DNA of 64,000 nucleotides from Eledone cirrhosa (taxonomy: Eukaryota), in the NCBI GenBank assembly GCA_964016885.1, contig OZ024740.1:281480001-281544000 (forward strand), written 5' to 3'. Below the pieces are notes generated by a model. It made no database searches. It had not been told where the DNA came from and was given only the letters and a program-made list of their open reading frames with translations. Every line of letters starts with the position of its first letter. Within the stretch, counting starts at the first letter, position 1. This document shows, one piece after another, positions 1 through 12,655 of the stretch. The position numbers and the translations under genes are program-made.

Positions 1-572
1 TTATTAATTTTAGTTTCAGTTGTGGTGGTGGTGACGTCAGTGGTGTTCGGTGTGGAAGATTCCATTTTGGTTGAAATCATTTCGACATAACGAGTTGATT
101 TATTTTTTCCTGTTGTTTCTGTTGTCGCGGTGGTGTTGGGGGTGGTGGTTGTCGCGCTGGTGGTGGTGGTGGCGGCTTTAAAACCTGCAGTCATTGGTAA
201 TGGCGGGAAATGAATGTCTGCCTGAGACAAATTTAAAATATTGCTACTGATTAAATTTTTAATGTTGGCAAACGTAGTAATATTTAAAATGGTGGTGCCG
301 GTGTGAGGTGTTAGTTTATGAGGAATAGCTCTCAGCTGCTTGGTGCAGAGATGATTTAGCCATTTTTTTTTCAAAGAAATTTTTTGATAATCATAAAAGT
401 TTAAATTTTGGGCACAAGGCCCCAATCTTTTTGGGTGTCCTTTTTGGAAAACAATGTATGTGCGCTTATATACAGTTAACAACAAAATTTTCCATAAATG
501 GCAATTTTTAACAAACGGAAACAACAAACCTTTGCGGAGCTCACGATGATACGATTTACTACGTAGGTCGCC
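1..572 (-). mobile_element. Inverted copy of the 5' region and ORF1 start of the Tx1/L1-like LINE at 24752-31990
   Basis: Near-exact reverse complement of 24752-25324; truncated by the window edge. Confidence 0.85.
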
Positions 573-578
573 AATAAT

Positions 579-639
<61 letters not shown>

Positions 640-657
640 TTAATAATAATAATAATA

Positions 658-690
<33 letters not shown>
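573..690. repeat. (TAA)n microsatellite; empty counterpart of the site holding the Dong element in the right arm
   Basis: Interrupted TAA run. In the mirror arm the same flanks are separated by the ~4.4-kb insert 20284-24675. Confidence 0.9.
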
Positions 691-691
<1 letters not shown>

Positions 692-2263
692 AGCAACGTT
701 CACCAGAGGAAAGCTGCTGAAGAGTTCAGACATTAATCTTGATCGGGGGAACGTGATAAGAGAGCTTGATCAAGAAAAAACTTACAAATATCTAGGTGTT
801 TGTGAAGGAGACGGAATCAAGCACTCGACAATGAGGGAAAGGATAAGGAAGGAATGTTACCGCAGAGTCAGAGCAATCTTAAGAACGGAATTGAATGCAA
901 GGAATAGGATCGATGCCATAAACACGCTTGCCATACCAGTAGTAACCTACAGTTACAATGTCATCAACTGGTCAAGCACAGAGATCCGTAGGCTCGATAC
1001 AAAAATCCGAAAATTCTTAACCATGCACAGAATGCATCACCCTAAGGCAGACATAGATAGAATATATCTCCCTAGGAAAGAAGGAGGACGTGGGTTAATC
1101 CAGTTAGACATTGCGTTGAAAACTGCAACAATTGGATTATCCACATATCTAAGGGAATCACATGATTGGATGATCAAACTCGTTTTGAAACACGAAAGCA
1201 CCAAAAGATCATATTCCATTACAAAAGATGCACAAAGATACAGTAATGGACTACAAATTTCAGAAGTCCCATTTACTGCTGAAATGGAAAACACAGAAGA
1301 AGCAAAGCAGGTAAAAGTAACTGCAAAGAAAGAACTGCTACAGAAACTGGCTAAGAAATGGCAAGAAAAGCCTCTGTATGGAAAATACCCAGAGCGAGCT
1401 AACAATCCTGATGTTGACAAAACTTTAACCCATCAGTGGTTGGCATCCTCTGGACTGAAATCGGAGACTGAAGGACTGATTATATCGGCACAAGATCAGT
1501 GTCTGCCAACAAAAAATTACCAAGCCAACATAATAAAAAATGGGTGCAGCCCATTATGCCGTGTATGTAAAAAACAACCAGAGACCATTGACCATATAAT
1601 TTCAATGTGCAGTCCTATAGCTCCAACCGAATACCTAAAGAGGCATGACAGAGCTGCACAATACATACATTGGATAATGTGTAAGCATTTTGACCTGCCC
1701 CATCAAAAGAATTGGTGGGAGCATCAACCACCTCCCATACTTGAAAAAGATCACATCTCAATCTTGTGGAACTTTAGCATCCAAACAGACCGAAAAATAG
1801 ATGCAAATAGACCTGATATAATATTGAAGGACTTTCAAAGGAGGGTATGCCTGCTAATTGATATGTCTGTTCCAATAGACAAGAATGCATCTATAAAAAC
1901 ATTTGAAAAATTGAGCAAGTATAAGGACCTGGAGATAGAAATTGGAAAAATGTGGAAATTGAGAACTAAAACAATACCAGTGGTTGTAGGCGCTCTGGGA
2001 ATGATACCTAAGGGGTCTAACGACTACTTATCGCAAATCCCAGGAAACCCGCGTATAGGAGAAATACAAAAGATAGTACTAATGGGAACTGCCCATATAC
2101 TAAGGAAGATCCTGTCAATATAAGTACATCACAAGTCTAAACACTAAGGATGCATGTGTGAATATGTATGTTCTTTCTTGAACATGGCGGACCTTGTTGT
2201 CTCTTGAGGTCACTGGTTGTGACTTGGTGATAACTCGTATGAACATAAAGCAAGATAAATGCA

Positions 2264-2264
<1 letters not shown>
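691..2264 (+). mobile_element. 5'-truncated R4/Dong-like non-LTR retrotransposon (family B)
   Basis: Flanked by (TAA)n on both sides; encodes the end of RT, CCHC (CRVCKKQPETIDHIISMC), RHD and an RLE endonuclease (RPDIIL...LLIDMSVP); short 3' UTR then TAA tail. Confidence 0.9.
753..2123 (+). pseudogene. C-terminal part of R4/Dong RT-RLE polyprotein (456 aa open, lacks RT core)
   Basis: YKYLG, GGRGL, CCHC, RHD and PD..D motifs; the frame starts at the truncation point, not at a real ATG. Confidence 0.88.
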
Positions 2265-2295
<31 letters not shown>

Positions 2296-2296
<1 letters not shown>

Positions 2297-2366
2297 TGTT
2301 TCTACTTTTGGCACAAGGCCAGCAATTATCCCAGTACATTACTGGTACTTTATTTTATCGACCCTG
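2296..2366 (-). mobile_element. 3' fragment of tRNA-derived SINE
   Basis: Reverse complement of gggtcgataaaataaagtaccag...ccttgtgccaaaagtagaaacaattatt, lying tail-to-tail with the Dong fragment in the same TAA tract. Confidence 0.85.
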
Positions 2367-2584
2367 TCGATTAGAGCAAACATCACGGGCGCTCTATCTC
2401 AAAATTATTTTTGAAAAGCATTGGAAATGCGCAACCGGTAAAACTTAAAACCAAAACTGAACACTAACCATTACTAATTTTTACTTATTCCTAATTAAAC
2501 CATTTTTCATTGGGAACAATTTGTCAGCATTTTCTTTTCCTTTTACCAATATATCATAACTCGTGTGTTACACCTCTATTCTTT

Positions 2585-2630
<46 letters not shown>

Positions 2631-3334
2631 ATATTTATATAAATATAAGTATGTATACGTACATACATATATGTATACGGACGTACAGTTGTATGTATAT
2701 ATATATACATATATGCACATATATATATATATATGTACGTATGGATTCACCGAACATTTATTATAATGCTCGACGTGTTTGTAAACAAACATCCCGTATT
2801 AAGCCGTAGTGTCTAGCAACCATCGGTGCTCGTTTGTTCAACACAGACAAAGGAACGCTGTACTAATTTCAAGCTTATTAGCTATCGTCAGCAACGTATA
2901 CCTTCCTGCCAGATGATTGAACGTTTGAAAGTATATACTTTCCTTATGCATATTAACGGCTGAGTAGCCCAATTTGCATATCGAGTGGGTTAATCGGCTG
3001 GGTGCACCGAAAACGATAAACGGAAAAAATGAAAAGAAATTTCATTTCCTACTCTTAGTACGGCTGTTACTTAAATATAAGTATGTATACGTACATACAT
3101 ATATGTATACGGACGTACAGTAGTATGTATATATATATACATACATGCACACATATATATATGTACGTATGGATTCACCGAACATTTATTATAATGCTCG
3201 ATATATATATATAATAAAGAATTCATATCTAGTAACATATATATACATACAGATGCATATCAATGCTAGCAAATATATAGGTTTTGTCTTAATAACATTG
3301 TGGTTCAATGCATGGGGTTGCAGAACAATAATAT

Positions 3335-3545
3335 AAGAGACGAAAAATAAGAAAATTATAAAATTAACTTACTTACTAAAATATCACTTCCAACTGGAAA
3401 CTTACATGAGAATAGACTTTCCTGACGACGGAATGTTTCTCTATATCCTCTTCGGAATATATATTTACTCCATTCCAGAAACTAATTAGTTGGAAGTGAT
3501 ATTTTAGTAAGTAAGTTAATTTTATAATTTTCTTATTTTACGTCT

Positions 3546-3548
<3 letters not shown>
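3335..3548 (+). mobile_element. Miniature fold-back PLE-derived element: ~60-bp terminal inverted repeats around a hammerhead
   Basis: 3335-3395 is the near-exact reverse complement of 3488-3548; ends in (TA)n; absent from the mirror arm. Confidence 0.7.
3416..3497 (+). ncRNA. Type I hammerhead ribozyme motif
   Basis: actttc-CTGACGA-c-ggaatg...cattcc-a-GAAA-ctaattag-TT-ggaagt: stem I actttc/ggaagt, stem II ggaatg/cattcc, palindromic stem III, GUU cleavage triplet. Confidence 0.75.
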
Positions 3549-3594
<46 letters not shown>

Positions 3595-4542
3595 CCCCAG
3601 CTTGGCCTCAGCCGGATGGCTGGAACAGGTAAAAGAGTAAAAGCCTATATATATACATACATACTTGGTATAATATGCGTTAGTGAAACAACCGAAGCTA
3701 GTGTACGCAAGATAGAACACTTGACGGCGTATACATGTAGGTCTACATGCTCTGGTGTATAGGTATAATAATGAAGTAGAAGTCAACAGGTTAGAATTTA
3801 CCTCATGCATTCGTTAAACATTCGCTGTTATACGTAATGATAACATAGACAGCTTTTAAGCAACTAAGAAAAACACAAAAATAAATTTCACCATAGACAT
3901 AGTAAAGTATTTAAATTCACGTTTAATCTCGTATAATTTTCGAAGACCTTAGCACTGGGGTGAGATGTTTAATCTCACTGATCAAAAACCTGCTCTAACT
4001 ATTTGTAGCAATTCGATATATTTTTGTTTGTTAGTTTAAAAAAAAATGTTTGCGTTATATATTTAAAGCATAATTAAAAAGAGAAAAACTTCAAACTCAA
4101 TTGATTTCTTGTATTTTTTGCAAAGGAAAAAGACCAATATTTTGGCAAGACATACAGCGAAAACAATTTTTTTAACAATAACTTCAACCGTTCGAGATGA
4201 ATTTTTTGTGGCAAAAAGAAAACAAAACACACTGGCATGACGTAGCTGACCAACATACTCCAGCCGTTGACTACATACTATCTCTGCCTTTTCTATTGTT
4301 ACTAGTGTCACCTTTGACCCTTGGATCTAATTGCTCACGCAACAACTCCATGACACTGTCATCAATTCTCTTCTATTCGCCCATGTTATATTCTCACCTC
4401 CAGGCCCCACATACTGTTCGTCCTTTGCAGAACGTCAAACCTTTAAATCCCCTTGCACTTGCTTTTTCTGTAACCGGTGACATCCAACTGTTCAAGAGTT
4501 AACAACATTGATCTAACCAGTCACAGAGTATCGGAAGTGGTG

Positions 4543-4768
4543 TTAAATAATGATTTCTACTATAGGCACAAGGCCAGTAATTTGGGGGAGGGGAAAGTCG
4601 ATTAAATCGACCCCAGTGCGTAACTGGGGCTTTATTTTGTCGACACCGTAAGGATGAAAGGAAAAGTTAACCTCGGCGGGATTTGAACTGAGATCATGAA
4701 AGGGCGTAAATCGATGCTGCAAAACATGGCATCTGACCCTCTACCGATACTACCAACCCACCACCCTA
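4543..4768 (-). mobile_element. Full-length tRNA-derived SINE (mirror of 16847-17068)
   Basis: A-box-like tggtagtatcgg and B-box gttcaaatcc on the minus strand; ATT-rich tail. Confidence 0.88.
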
Positions 4769-4907
4769 GTGCTGGTAAATAATGATAAAGATCCCATGCC
4801 GGGAATCAAGTTGAAAAAATTTGAAGATGTAAAACATCTGTTGGAAAATGCGAAAAGTTATAAGAGAGAATAACTGAAAATAAATATCCACACACAAATC
4901 ACAGAAT

Positions 4908-5995
<1,088 letters not shown>

Positions 5996-6084
5996 CACTC
6001 GGAGGTAAAATTCCATTTCACTACCTCCCCCCCCTCTTCTTATGTATACACATGAATATCTGAGTGAACGGTGAAACACGCACA

Positions 6085-6214
6085 TTTGTGTGTGTAGGGA
6101 TGTATGGATGTATGTACGTGTGGGTATATATGTATGTGGGTGGGTGTATATGTGTGTGTGTGTGTGTATATATATATGTATGGATGTGTGTATGTTTGTA
6201 TGTGTGTGTGTGTT

Positions 6215-6277
<63 letters not shown>

Positions 6278-6330
6278 ATGTGTGTATATATGTGTATATG
6301 TACTTGTATGTATGTGTATGTTTGTATATA

Positions 6331-6363
<33 letters not shown>

Positions 6364-6656
6364 GGATAGATATGTATGTTTATGTGTGTGTGTATGTATG
6401 TGTATGTACCTATATATATGTGTGTGTATGTATGTGCATATATGTATATATGTGTGTACATATGTGTATGTTTCTGTTTGTGTATATGTATGTATGTATG
6501 TAGATGTATGTGTGTGTATGTGTATATATATGTATATATATATGTATGTATATGTGTATATATATATATATATGTATATATATGTATGTATGTACATGTA
6601 TGTGTATGTATGTATGTGTGTATGTATGTACTTGTATGTGTATGTGTATGTATATG

Positions 6657-6694
<38 letters not shown>

Positions 6695-6845
6695 AATATA
6701 TGTGTATATGTATGTGTATATATATGTATATGGATATATATGTATGTGTATATGTATGTGTATATGTGTGTATGTGTCTGTATGTGTTTATGTGTACATA
6801 TGTGTATGTGTATGTGTATGTATGTATATATATATATATATATAT
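6085..6845. repeat. Degenerate (TG/TA)n microsatellite tract
   Basis: Mixed TATG/TGTG/TATA run; source of many spurious ORFs. Confidence 0.95.
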
Positions 6846-6988
6846 TAGAAAGTGAGGTTTTTTTTACAAAATGAAAAATAACCGAGGTGTCCTACACGAG
6901 TGAAAGTATAAAGAAAAAGAGATGAAATCGAAAATGCAATTGAAGTCTTATTTTTTTTTTTTTTTTAAATATATATATTTATTTGGTT

Positions 6989-7026
6989 CCTTTACCGGTT
7001 TCGCAGTTCTTCTGCTTTTCAAAAGG
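6989..7026 (-). ncRNA. Minimal hammerhead-like motif with variant core UUGAAAA
   Basis: Minus strand cctt-TTGAAAA-gcag-aagaa-ctgc-GAAA-ccgg-TA-aagg: stems I and II pair perfectly, stem III is a palindrome, GUA triplet; sits near the pLTR end where PLE HHRs are expected. Confidence 0.65.
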
Positions 7027-7566
7027 TGAGTTGAGATGGAGGGTCTGTGGTTTTTCTCACATTTGGTTGGTCTCTGAATGTTACTTGTTTTATATGTTGG
7101 TCTCTGAATGTTACTTGTTTTATATGTGGCTCGAAATTCCAGGTTTTTCGAGAAGTAATTTGATTGGTTTGTCAATAATTATAATAAATTTCGCGCCAGT
7201 TCGCGTTACAATAGTTCTTCAAATAAGAGGGGGGGGGTTGTCACAGGTTGTTTTTTCATATATGAGTGTTTGAATTTCTTTTTACTTTGAAAAATGAGGC
7301 TCACGAAGGCTTTTTTTTGGTTGGTTATAAATGAAATTTGGCTGTCACGTGAACAAGTTTTTATTACATTTTTGCGCCCTTATTTGGAAAACTATTCTGT
7401 AGTCTTTATAGTGAATGTTATGACAATGGAGAGATAGTGGTCAAGAGAAAGGGGATTGGGAGAAATGTTCTGGTTCAGTGAATATGGCCAGCTCGCCGGG
7501 GTGTCAGAGTTCAGATTTTCTATTGAGACTGAAGATATGTATGTTTATTTGTGTGCTTGTGTATGT

Positions 7567-7609
<43 letters not shown>

Positions 7610-7859
7610 TATTGGAAGATGATTCTATTAGTAGAGATGGGGGAGGGAGTTGTGTGTGTGTGTATATGGGTGTTATGTGTGTGTGTGCGAGTATGTTAAG
7701 ATGGAGAGAATATATATTTTGTGTGTGTGTATATATATATGTGTGTAGGAAAGTGGTTCTATTAGTAGAAATGGGGAGGGAGTTGTAGGTGTGGGGGTTG
7801 TTATGTGTGTGTATGGGTGTTATGTGTGTGGGAGTATGGTTAGCATGTTAAGATGAAGA

Positions 7860-7914
<55 letters not shown>

Positions 7915-8121
7915 GTGTGTGTGTGTATGTGTGTGTGTAGGAAAGTGATTCCTTTAGTAGGAATATATTTGAATGAACATATTTTCCTTACTTTTTCGTG
8001 TTTGCTGTTGTATTGCCAGTGCAAACGTATGTTAAGGTTTATTTAGTTCGGGTTTTTATTTTCTAAAGTAGGTGTTATGTGTGTGTGTGTATGTCATATC
8101 GTGGTGTTGACATAATGTATA

Positions 8122-10395
8122 TTAAACCTTATTTAATGTTGGTCTATATTTTTGAATAAACATATTTTCCTTATTTATTCGCATTTGTTCTGTTGTATTG
8201 TTAGCGCAAAGGTAAAGTGGGAAGACTTGGAATTTGGGTGTCTTATTACTTGCGCAAATGTCTAGATATGCACTTAGTGGTATCTGTCTCGTGGTTGGAT
8301 CTCGTAATTGTTGGCGATGAACTGTCATTCTGTTTCTGAGTGTGAGTTTAGTTTGTCCTATATAATCTTCATTGCATCCTTTACATTTAATGGCATAAAC
8401 TAGATTTTTTGATGAGCAAGTGAAGTGATTTTTTACAGTAAAATTTTGTCCTGATTTAAATGTATACGTGTTGCCTTCAATGAGGTGAGTGCAGGTTCCA
8501 CAATTAGAGCGACCACATTTTTTGATACTTGGTTGTGGGTTTGTGGTAGGTAATTTGGCATTGGTGAGTAATATTTTCAGTGATGTTGGTTGTCTTTTGC
8601 TTTTGATTATTTTGTGTGTTTCAAGGGCTTTTTTCATTCTTGGGTTTTGTTTTAGTAGTGGGATGTTATTGTGAATAGTGTTGTAAGCTTCCGCATTTCT
8701 TGGGTTGTGTGTTGAGATATATGATAGAATATTGGACGTACCTTGAATTTGTTTCTGTTTCCGTAATTCATCAATGCCTATTGCTTTAGCCCTTTCTATT
8801 CTATTATTTATTAGTAATAGTGGGTACTCTCTCTCAAGTAGAATTTCCTTTAATTCTTGAAGTCTTTTATTTCGCGTTTCATAATTGGAGACAATTGTGC
8901 AAATTCTTCTTGCTAGGTTAAAAGGAATGTTCGTCTTCGTGTGCTTTGGATGGTTGGAGGTGAATAGCAGATATTGTTTGGAATCTGTTGGTTTGTAGTG
9001 TATGTCAGTTTCGATATTTGTGTCTTTTTTTGTGATTAAGATGTCCAGAAATGGGAGTTGATCTTGGCTGTATTCCATTGTGAATTGGATGTGGTTATTG
9101 ATGCCGTTTATTAAGTTTTTGAAATCCTTCAGTTGGTCGAGTGTGTGGGACCAAAGAATGAGGCAATCATCCAAGTAGCGTTTCCAATTCTCTGATAAAT
9201 ATTTGTGGAAGTTGAATCCGTATTTTGATTTGGACTGTTCATATATCTGGACTTCTAAGTATGCCATCACTAAGTTGGCATAAGCTGGAGCGGCTTTTGT
9301 GCCCGTCGCAGTCCCCGATATTTGCTTGTAAGTATTGCCATCGAAATCAAAAAAGTTGTTCTGTAGGATGAATTTTAATCCCTCGGTGATGAAGCTTTTT
9401 TCTATTCTGTCAGGTATCTCATTGGAATATTTCTCTAGCCAGAATCCTATTGCTTCTAGTCCGTATTGGTGTGGGATCGTTGTGTAGAGATTCACTACAT
9501 CGAAAGACACAATATTAGTGTCTTTGTTGACATGTTTGGGGGGTGGTTTAAGAGGTCCAGATCGTCTCTTACAAGGCTTGGTATGTTTTTTCAGTATTGG
9601 TTTCAGTAGTATGTCTATAAAGTTGCTCAATCTGTATGTTTCACATTGTGGGCCCGCTACAATTGGTCTTAATTTAAGGTCTGTGGGGTATTGTGTGTTC
9701 ACGCAGGCTGAGGTGGATTGTTTACAGGCATCGTTGATTATTTTACATTTGTGGATCTTCGGAAGTCCGTAAAGGTTGCTGGTTTTGTATTCAAAATTTG
9801 TTAAATAATCGCGTTCCTTTTTAGTTAGGTCTTCCTGGTATCGATAAATCAGTGTGTTTAATTTGGTCATTATTTTTGATTGCTGGTAGTTTTTTACTCT
9901 TTCATAGTAATTAGTATTTTGTAAGAGAGAGAACATAGAATTTTTATATTTTTCAGCCTCCATAATGACAACAGTACTTCCCTTGTCCGCTTCCTTAATT
10001 ACAATGTCCGTATTGTTTTTTAGTTCATGGATAATCTCCCATTCCCTTCGACTTGTGTTGGGTTTGGGTTTAGGTTGCGGTAGTTCATGGTATGGGAAGG
10101 TAGCTATGTGGTCACAGAATTTGTCCAGAACAACTCTGTTTCTGCCTTTTGTTGTGTTGTAGCTGCTTTTATTCCGTACAATTGATTCGTCGTTATTCTC
10201 CTTGTCAAAGAATTCCTCTGTGAGACGTAATTTTCTACAGAAGTGTGAGATATCGTCATATATCTCGTTGGGGTTAGGGTATTGTGGTGTTGGTGTGAAT
10301 TTCAGACCTTTGGAGAGAATTTTTACTTGTTGGGCTGAGAGGTTTGTATTTGAAATGTTAATTATTTTCGGTTTTTCAAAATCGGTTTGTGCCAC
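8122..10395 (-). CDS. PLE polyprotein: reverse transcriptase plus C-terminal GIY-YIG endonuclease (Neptune-like), probably 5'-truncated
   Basis: LSKGLKF, IKEADKG, YGLPKIHK, RPIV, FDVVNLYT, WKRYLDD, LPFLD; linker CGRSNCGTC; LVYAIKC..C..DYIGQT; ends RPTLN. No ATG at the ORF start. Confidence 0.9.
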   Translation of the reverse strand: MAQTDFEKPKIINISNTNLSAQQVKILSKGLKFTPTPQYPNPNEIYDDISHFCRKLRLTEEFFDKENNDESIVRNKSSYNTTKGRNRVVLDKFCDHIATFPYHELPQPKPKPNTSRREWEIIHELKNNTDIVIKEADKGSTVVIMEAEKYKNSMFSLLQNTNYYERVKNYQQSKIMTKLNTLIYRYQEDLTKKERDYLTNFEYKTSNLYGLPKIHKCKIINDACKQSTSACVNTQYPTDLKLRPIVAGPQCETYRLSNFIDILLKPILKKHTKPCKRRSGPLKPPPKHVNKDTNIVSFDVVNLYTTIPHQYGLEAIGFWLEKYSNEIPDRIEKSFITEGLKFILQNNFFDFDGNTYKQISGTATGTKAAPAYANLVMAYLEVQIYEQSKSKYGFNFHKYLSENWKRYLDDCLILWSHTLDQLKDFKNLINGINNHIQFTMEYSQDQLPFLDILITKKDTNIETDIHYKPTDSKQYLLFTSNHPKHTKTNIPFNLARRICTIVSNYETRNKRLQELKEILLEREYPLLLINNRIERAKAIGIDELRKQKQIQGTSNILSYISTHNPRNAEAYNTIHNNIPLLKQNPRMKKALETHKIIKSKRQPTSLKILLTNAKLPTTNPQPSIKKCGRSNCGTCTHLIEGNTYTFKSGQNFTVKNHFTCSSKNLVYAIKCKGCNEDYIGQTKLTLRNRMTVHRQQLRDPTTRQIPLSAYLDICASNKTPKFQVFPLYLCANNTTEQMRINKENMFIQKYRPTLNKV

Positions 10396-10468
10396 CGGGT
10401 GTCGTGAATCCTGTAGCCTGGGTCTAAAAAATGATTTTTCTGGAATGTTTTTTCATTGGTATTATTAT

Positions 10469-10802
10469 ATCAGGACAAAATTTTACTGTAAAAAATCACT
10501 TCACTTGCTCATCAAAAAATCTAATTTATGCCATTAAATGTAAAGGATGCAATGAAGATTATATAGGACAAACTAAACTCACACTCAGAAACAGAATGAC
10601 AGTTCATCGCCAACAATTACGAGATCCAACCACGAGACAGATACCACTAAGTGCACATCTAGACATTTGCGCAAGTAATAAGACACCCAAATTCCAAGTC
10701 TTCCCATTTTACCTTTGCGCTAACAATACAACAGAACAAATGCGAATAAATAAGGAAAATATGTTTATTCAAAAATATAGACCAACATTAAATAAGGTTT
10801 AA
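10469..10802 (+). pseudogene. Inverted duplicate of the GIY-YIG end of the Neptune-like ORF
   Basis: SGQNFTVKNHFTCSSKNLIYAIKC...RPTLNKV, near-identical to the C-terminus of 8122-10395. Confidence 0.9.
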
Positions 10803-11010
10803 TATACATTATGTCAACACCACAATATGAGATACACACACACACATAACACCTTCTACTTTAGAAAATAAAAACCCGAACTAAATAAACCTTAACATAC
10901 GTTTGCACTGGCAATACAACAGCAAACACGAAAAAGTAAGGAAAATATGTTCATTCAAAAATATTCCTACTAAAGGAATCACATTCCTACACACACACAT
11001 ACACACACAC

Positions 11011-11057
<47 letters not shown>

Positions 11058-11988
11058 TATTCATCTTAACATGCTAACCATACTCCCACACACATAACAC
11101 CCATACACACACATAACAACCCCCACACCTACAACTCCCTCCACATTTCTACTAATAGAACCACTTTCCTACACACATATATATATACACACACACAAAA
11201 TATATATTCTCTCCATCTTAACATACTCGCACACACACACATAACACCCATATACACACACACACACAACTCCCTCCCCCATCTCTACTAATAGAATCAT
11301 CTTCCAATACACACATACACACACACACACACACACATACACACACACAAGCACACAAATAAACATACATATCTTCAGTCTCAATAGAAAATCTGAACTC
11401 TGACACCCCGGCGAGCTGGCCATATTCACTGAACCAGAACATTTCTCCCAATCCCTTTTCTCTTGACCACTATCTCTCCATTGTCATAACATTCACTATA
11501 AAGACTACAGAATAGTTTTCCAAATAAGGGCGCAAAAATGTAATAAAAACTTGTTCACGTGATAGCCAAATTTCATTTATAACCAACCAAAAAAAAGCCT
11601 TCGTGAGCCTCATTTTTCAAAGTAAAAAGAAATTCAAACACTCATATATGAAAAAACAACCTGTGACAACCCCCCCTCTCTTATTTGAAGAACTATTGTA
11701 ACGCGAACTGGCGCGAAATTTATTATAATTATTGACAAACCAATCAAATTACTTCTCGAAAATCCTGGAATTTCGAGCCACTTTTTCCATATAAAACAAG
11801 TAACATTCAGAGACCAACCAGATGTGAGAAAAACCACAGACCCTCCATCTCAACTCACCTTTTGAAATGCAGAAGAACTAAATATATATATTTAAAAAAA
11901 AAATGCAGAAGAACTAAATATATATATTTAAAAAAAAAAAAAAAAAATAAGACTTCAGTTGCATTTTCGATTTCATCTCTTTTTTTAA

Positions 11989-12290
11989 TATATATATATA
12001 TATATATGTATATATATGTATATATGTATATATATGTATGTGTGTGTATGCCTCTCTCTTTATATGTGTATATATATATAGATGTATGTGTGTATGTGTG
12101 TGTGTGTATGCATGTATGTGTGAACGGAGGGGTATATATACGGACATATGTATATATGTGTGTGTGTGTGTGTGTGTATACACGTGCGTGTGTGTGTGTG
12201 TGTGCGTGTATGTGTATATATGTATATTTAGTTATGTATCTTTATGTGTGTATATGTATGTATATGTATGTATATGTATGTATGTATGTG

Positions 12291-12323
<33 letters not shown>

Positions 12324-12374
12324 ATATATATATATATATGTGTGTGTGTGTATATATGTGTGTATATGTATATG

Positions 12375-12425
<51 letters not shown>

Positions 12426-12655
12426 ATGTGTATGTGTATGTGTGTGTATATATATATATATATACCCATGTGGAGGTATGAGTACATATTCGTGTGTGTA
12501 CGTATGTATATGTGTGTTTTTATATGTGTCTCTATATATTTTCGTGTATGTATGTGGATGTATTTGTGCATGGGTGTGTGATTGATGGTGTGTGCCTATA
12601 TATTCCTACATATGCCCGTGTGTGTATGTACGTATATGCGCACATATGTGTGTGT
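11989..12655. repeat. Degenerate (TG/TA)n tract, same polarity as 6085-6845
   Basis: TG-rich on the plus strand, so it is not a mirror of the left tract. Confidence 0.9.

Larger units (their letters stand above)
6846..11988 (-). mobile_element. Neptune-like Penelope-like element with an inverted partial pLTR at its 5' end
   Basis: RT plus GIY-YIG ORF on the minus strand; 6914-8455 is mirrored at 10469-11986; both ends lie in (TA)n. Confidence 0.9.

Noticed and set aside
476-733. Poly-Leu ORFs resembling signal or membrane peptides (also 20166, 24653, 36903)
   Set aside because: Translations of (TTA)n/(TTG)n microsatellites.
3590-3645. Possible 3' tail of a second SINE family (gccccagcttggcctcag...ggaacaggtaaaagagtaaaag)
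   Set aside because: Resemblance is from memory only and there is no independent full copy in the window.
4063-4502. Short ORFs conserved in both arms (mirrored at 17111-17550) as host exons
   Set aside because: Conservation only reflects the recent duplication; no domain or splice evidence.
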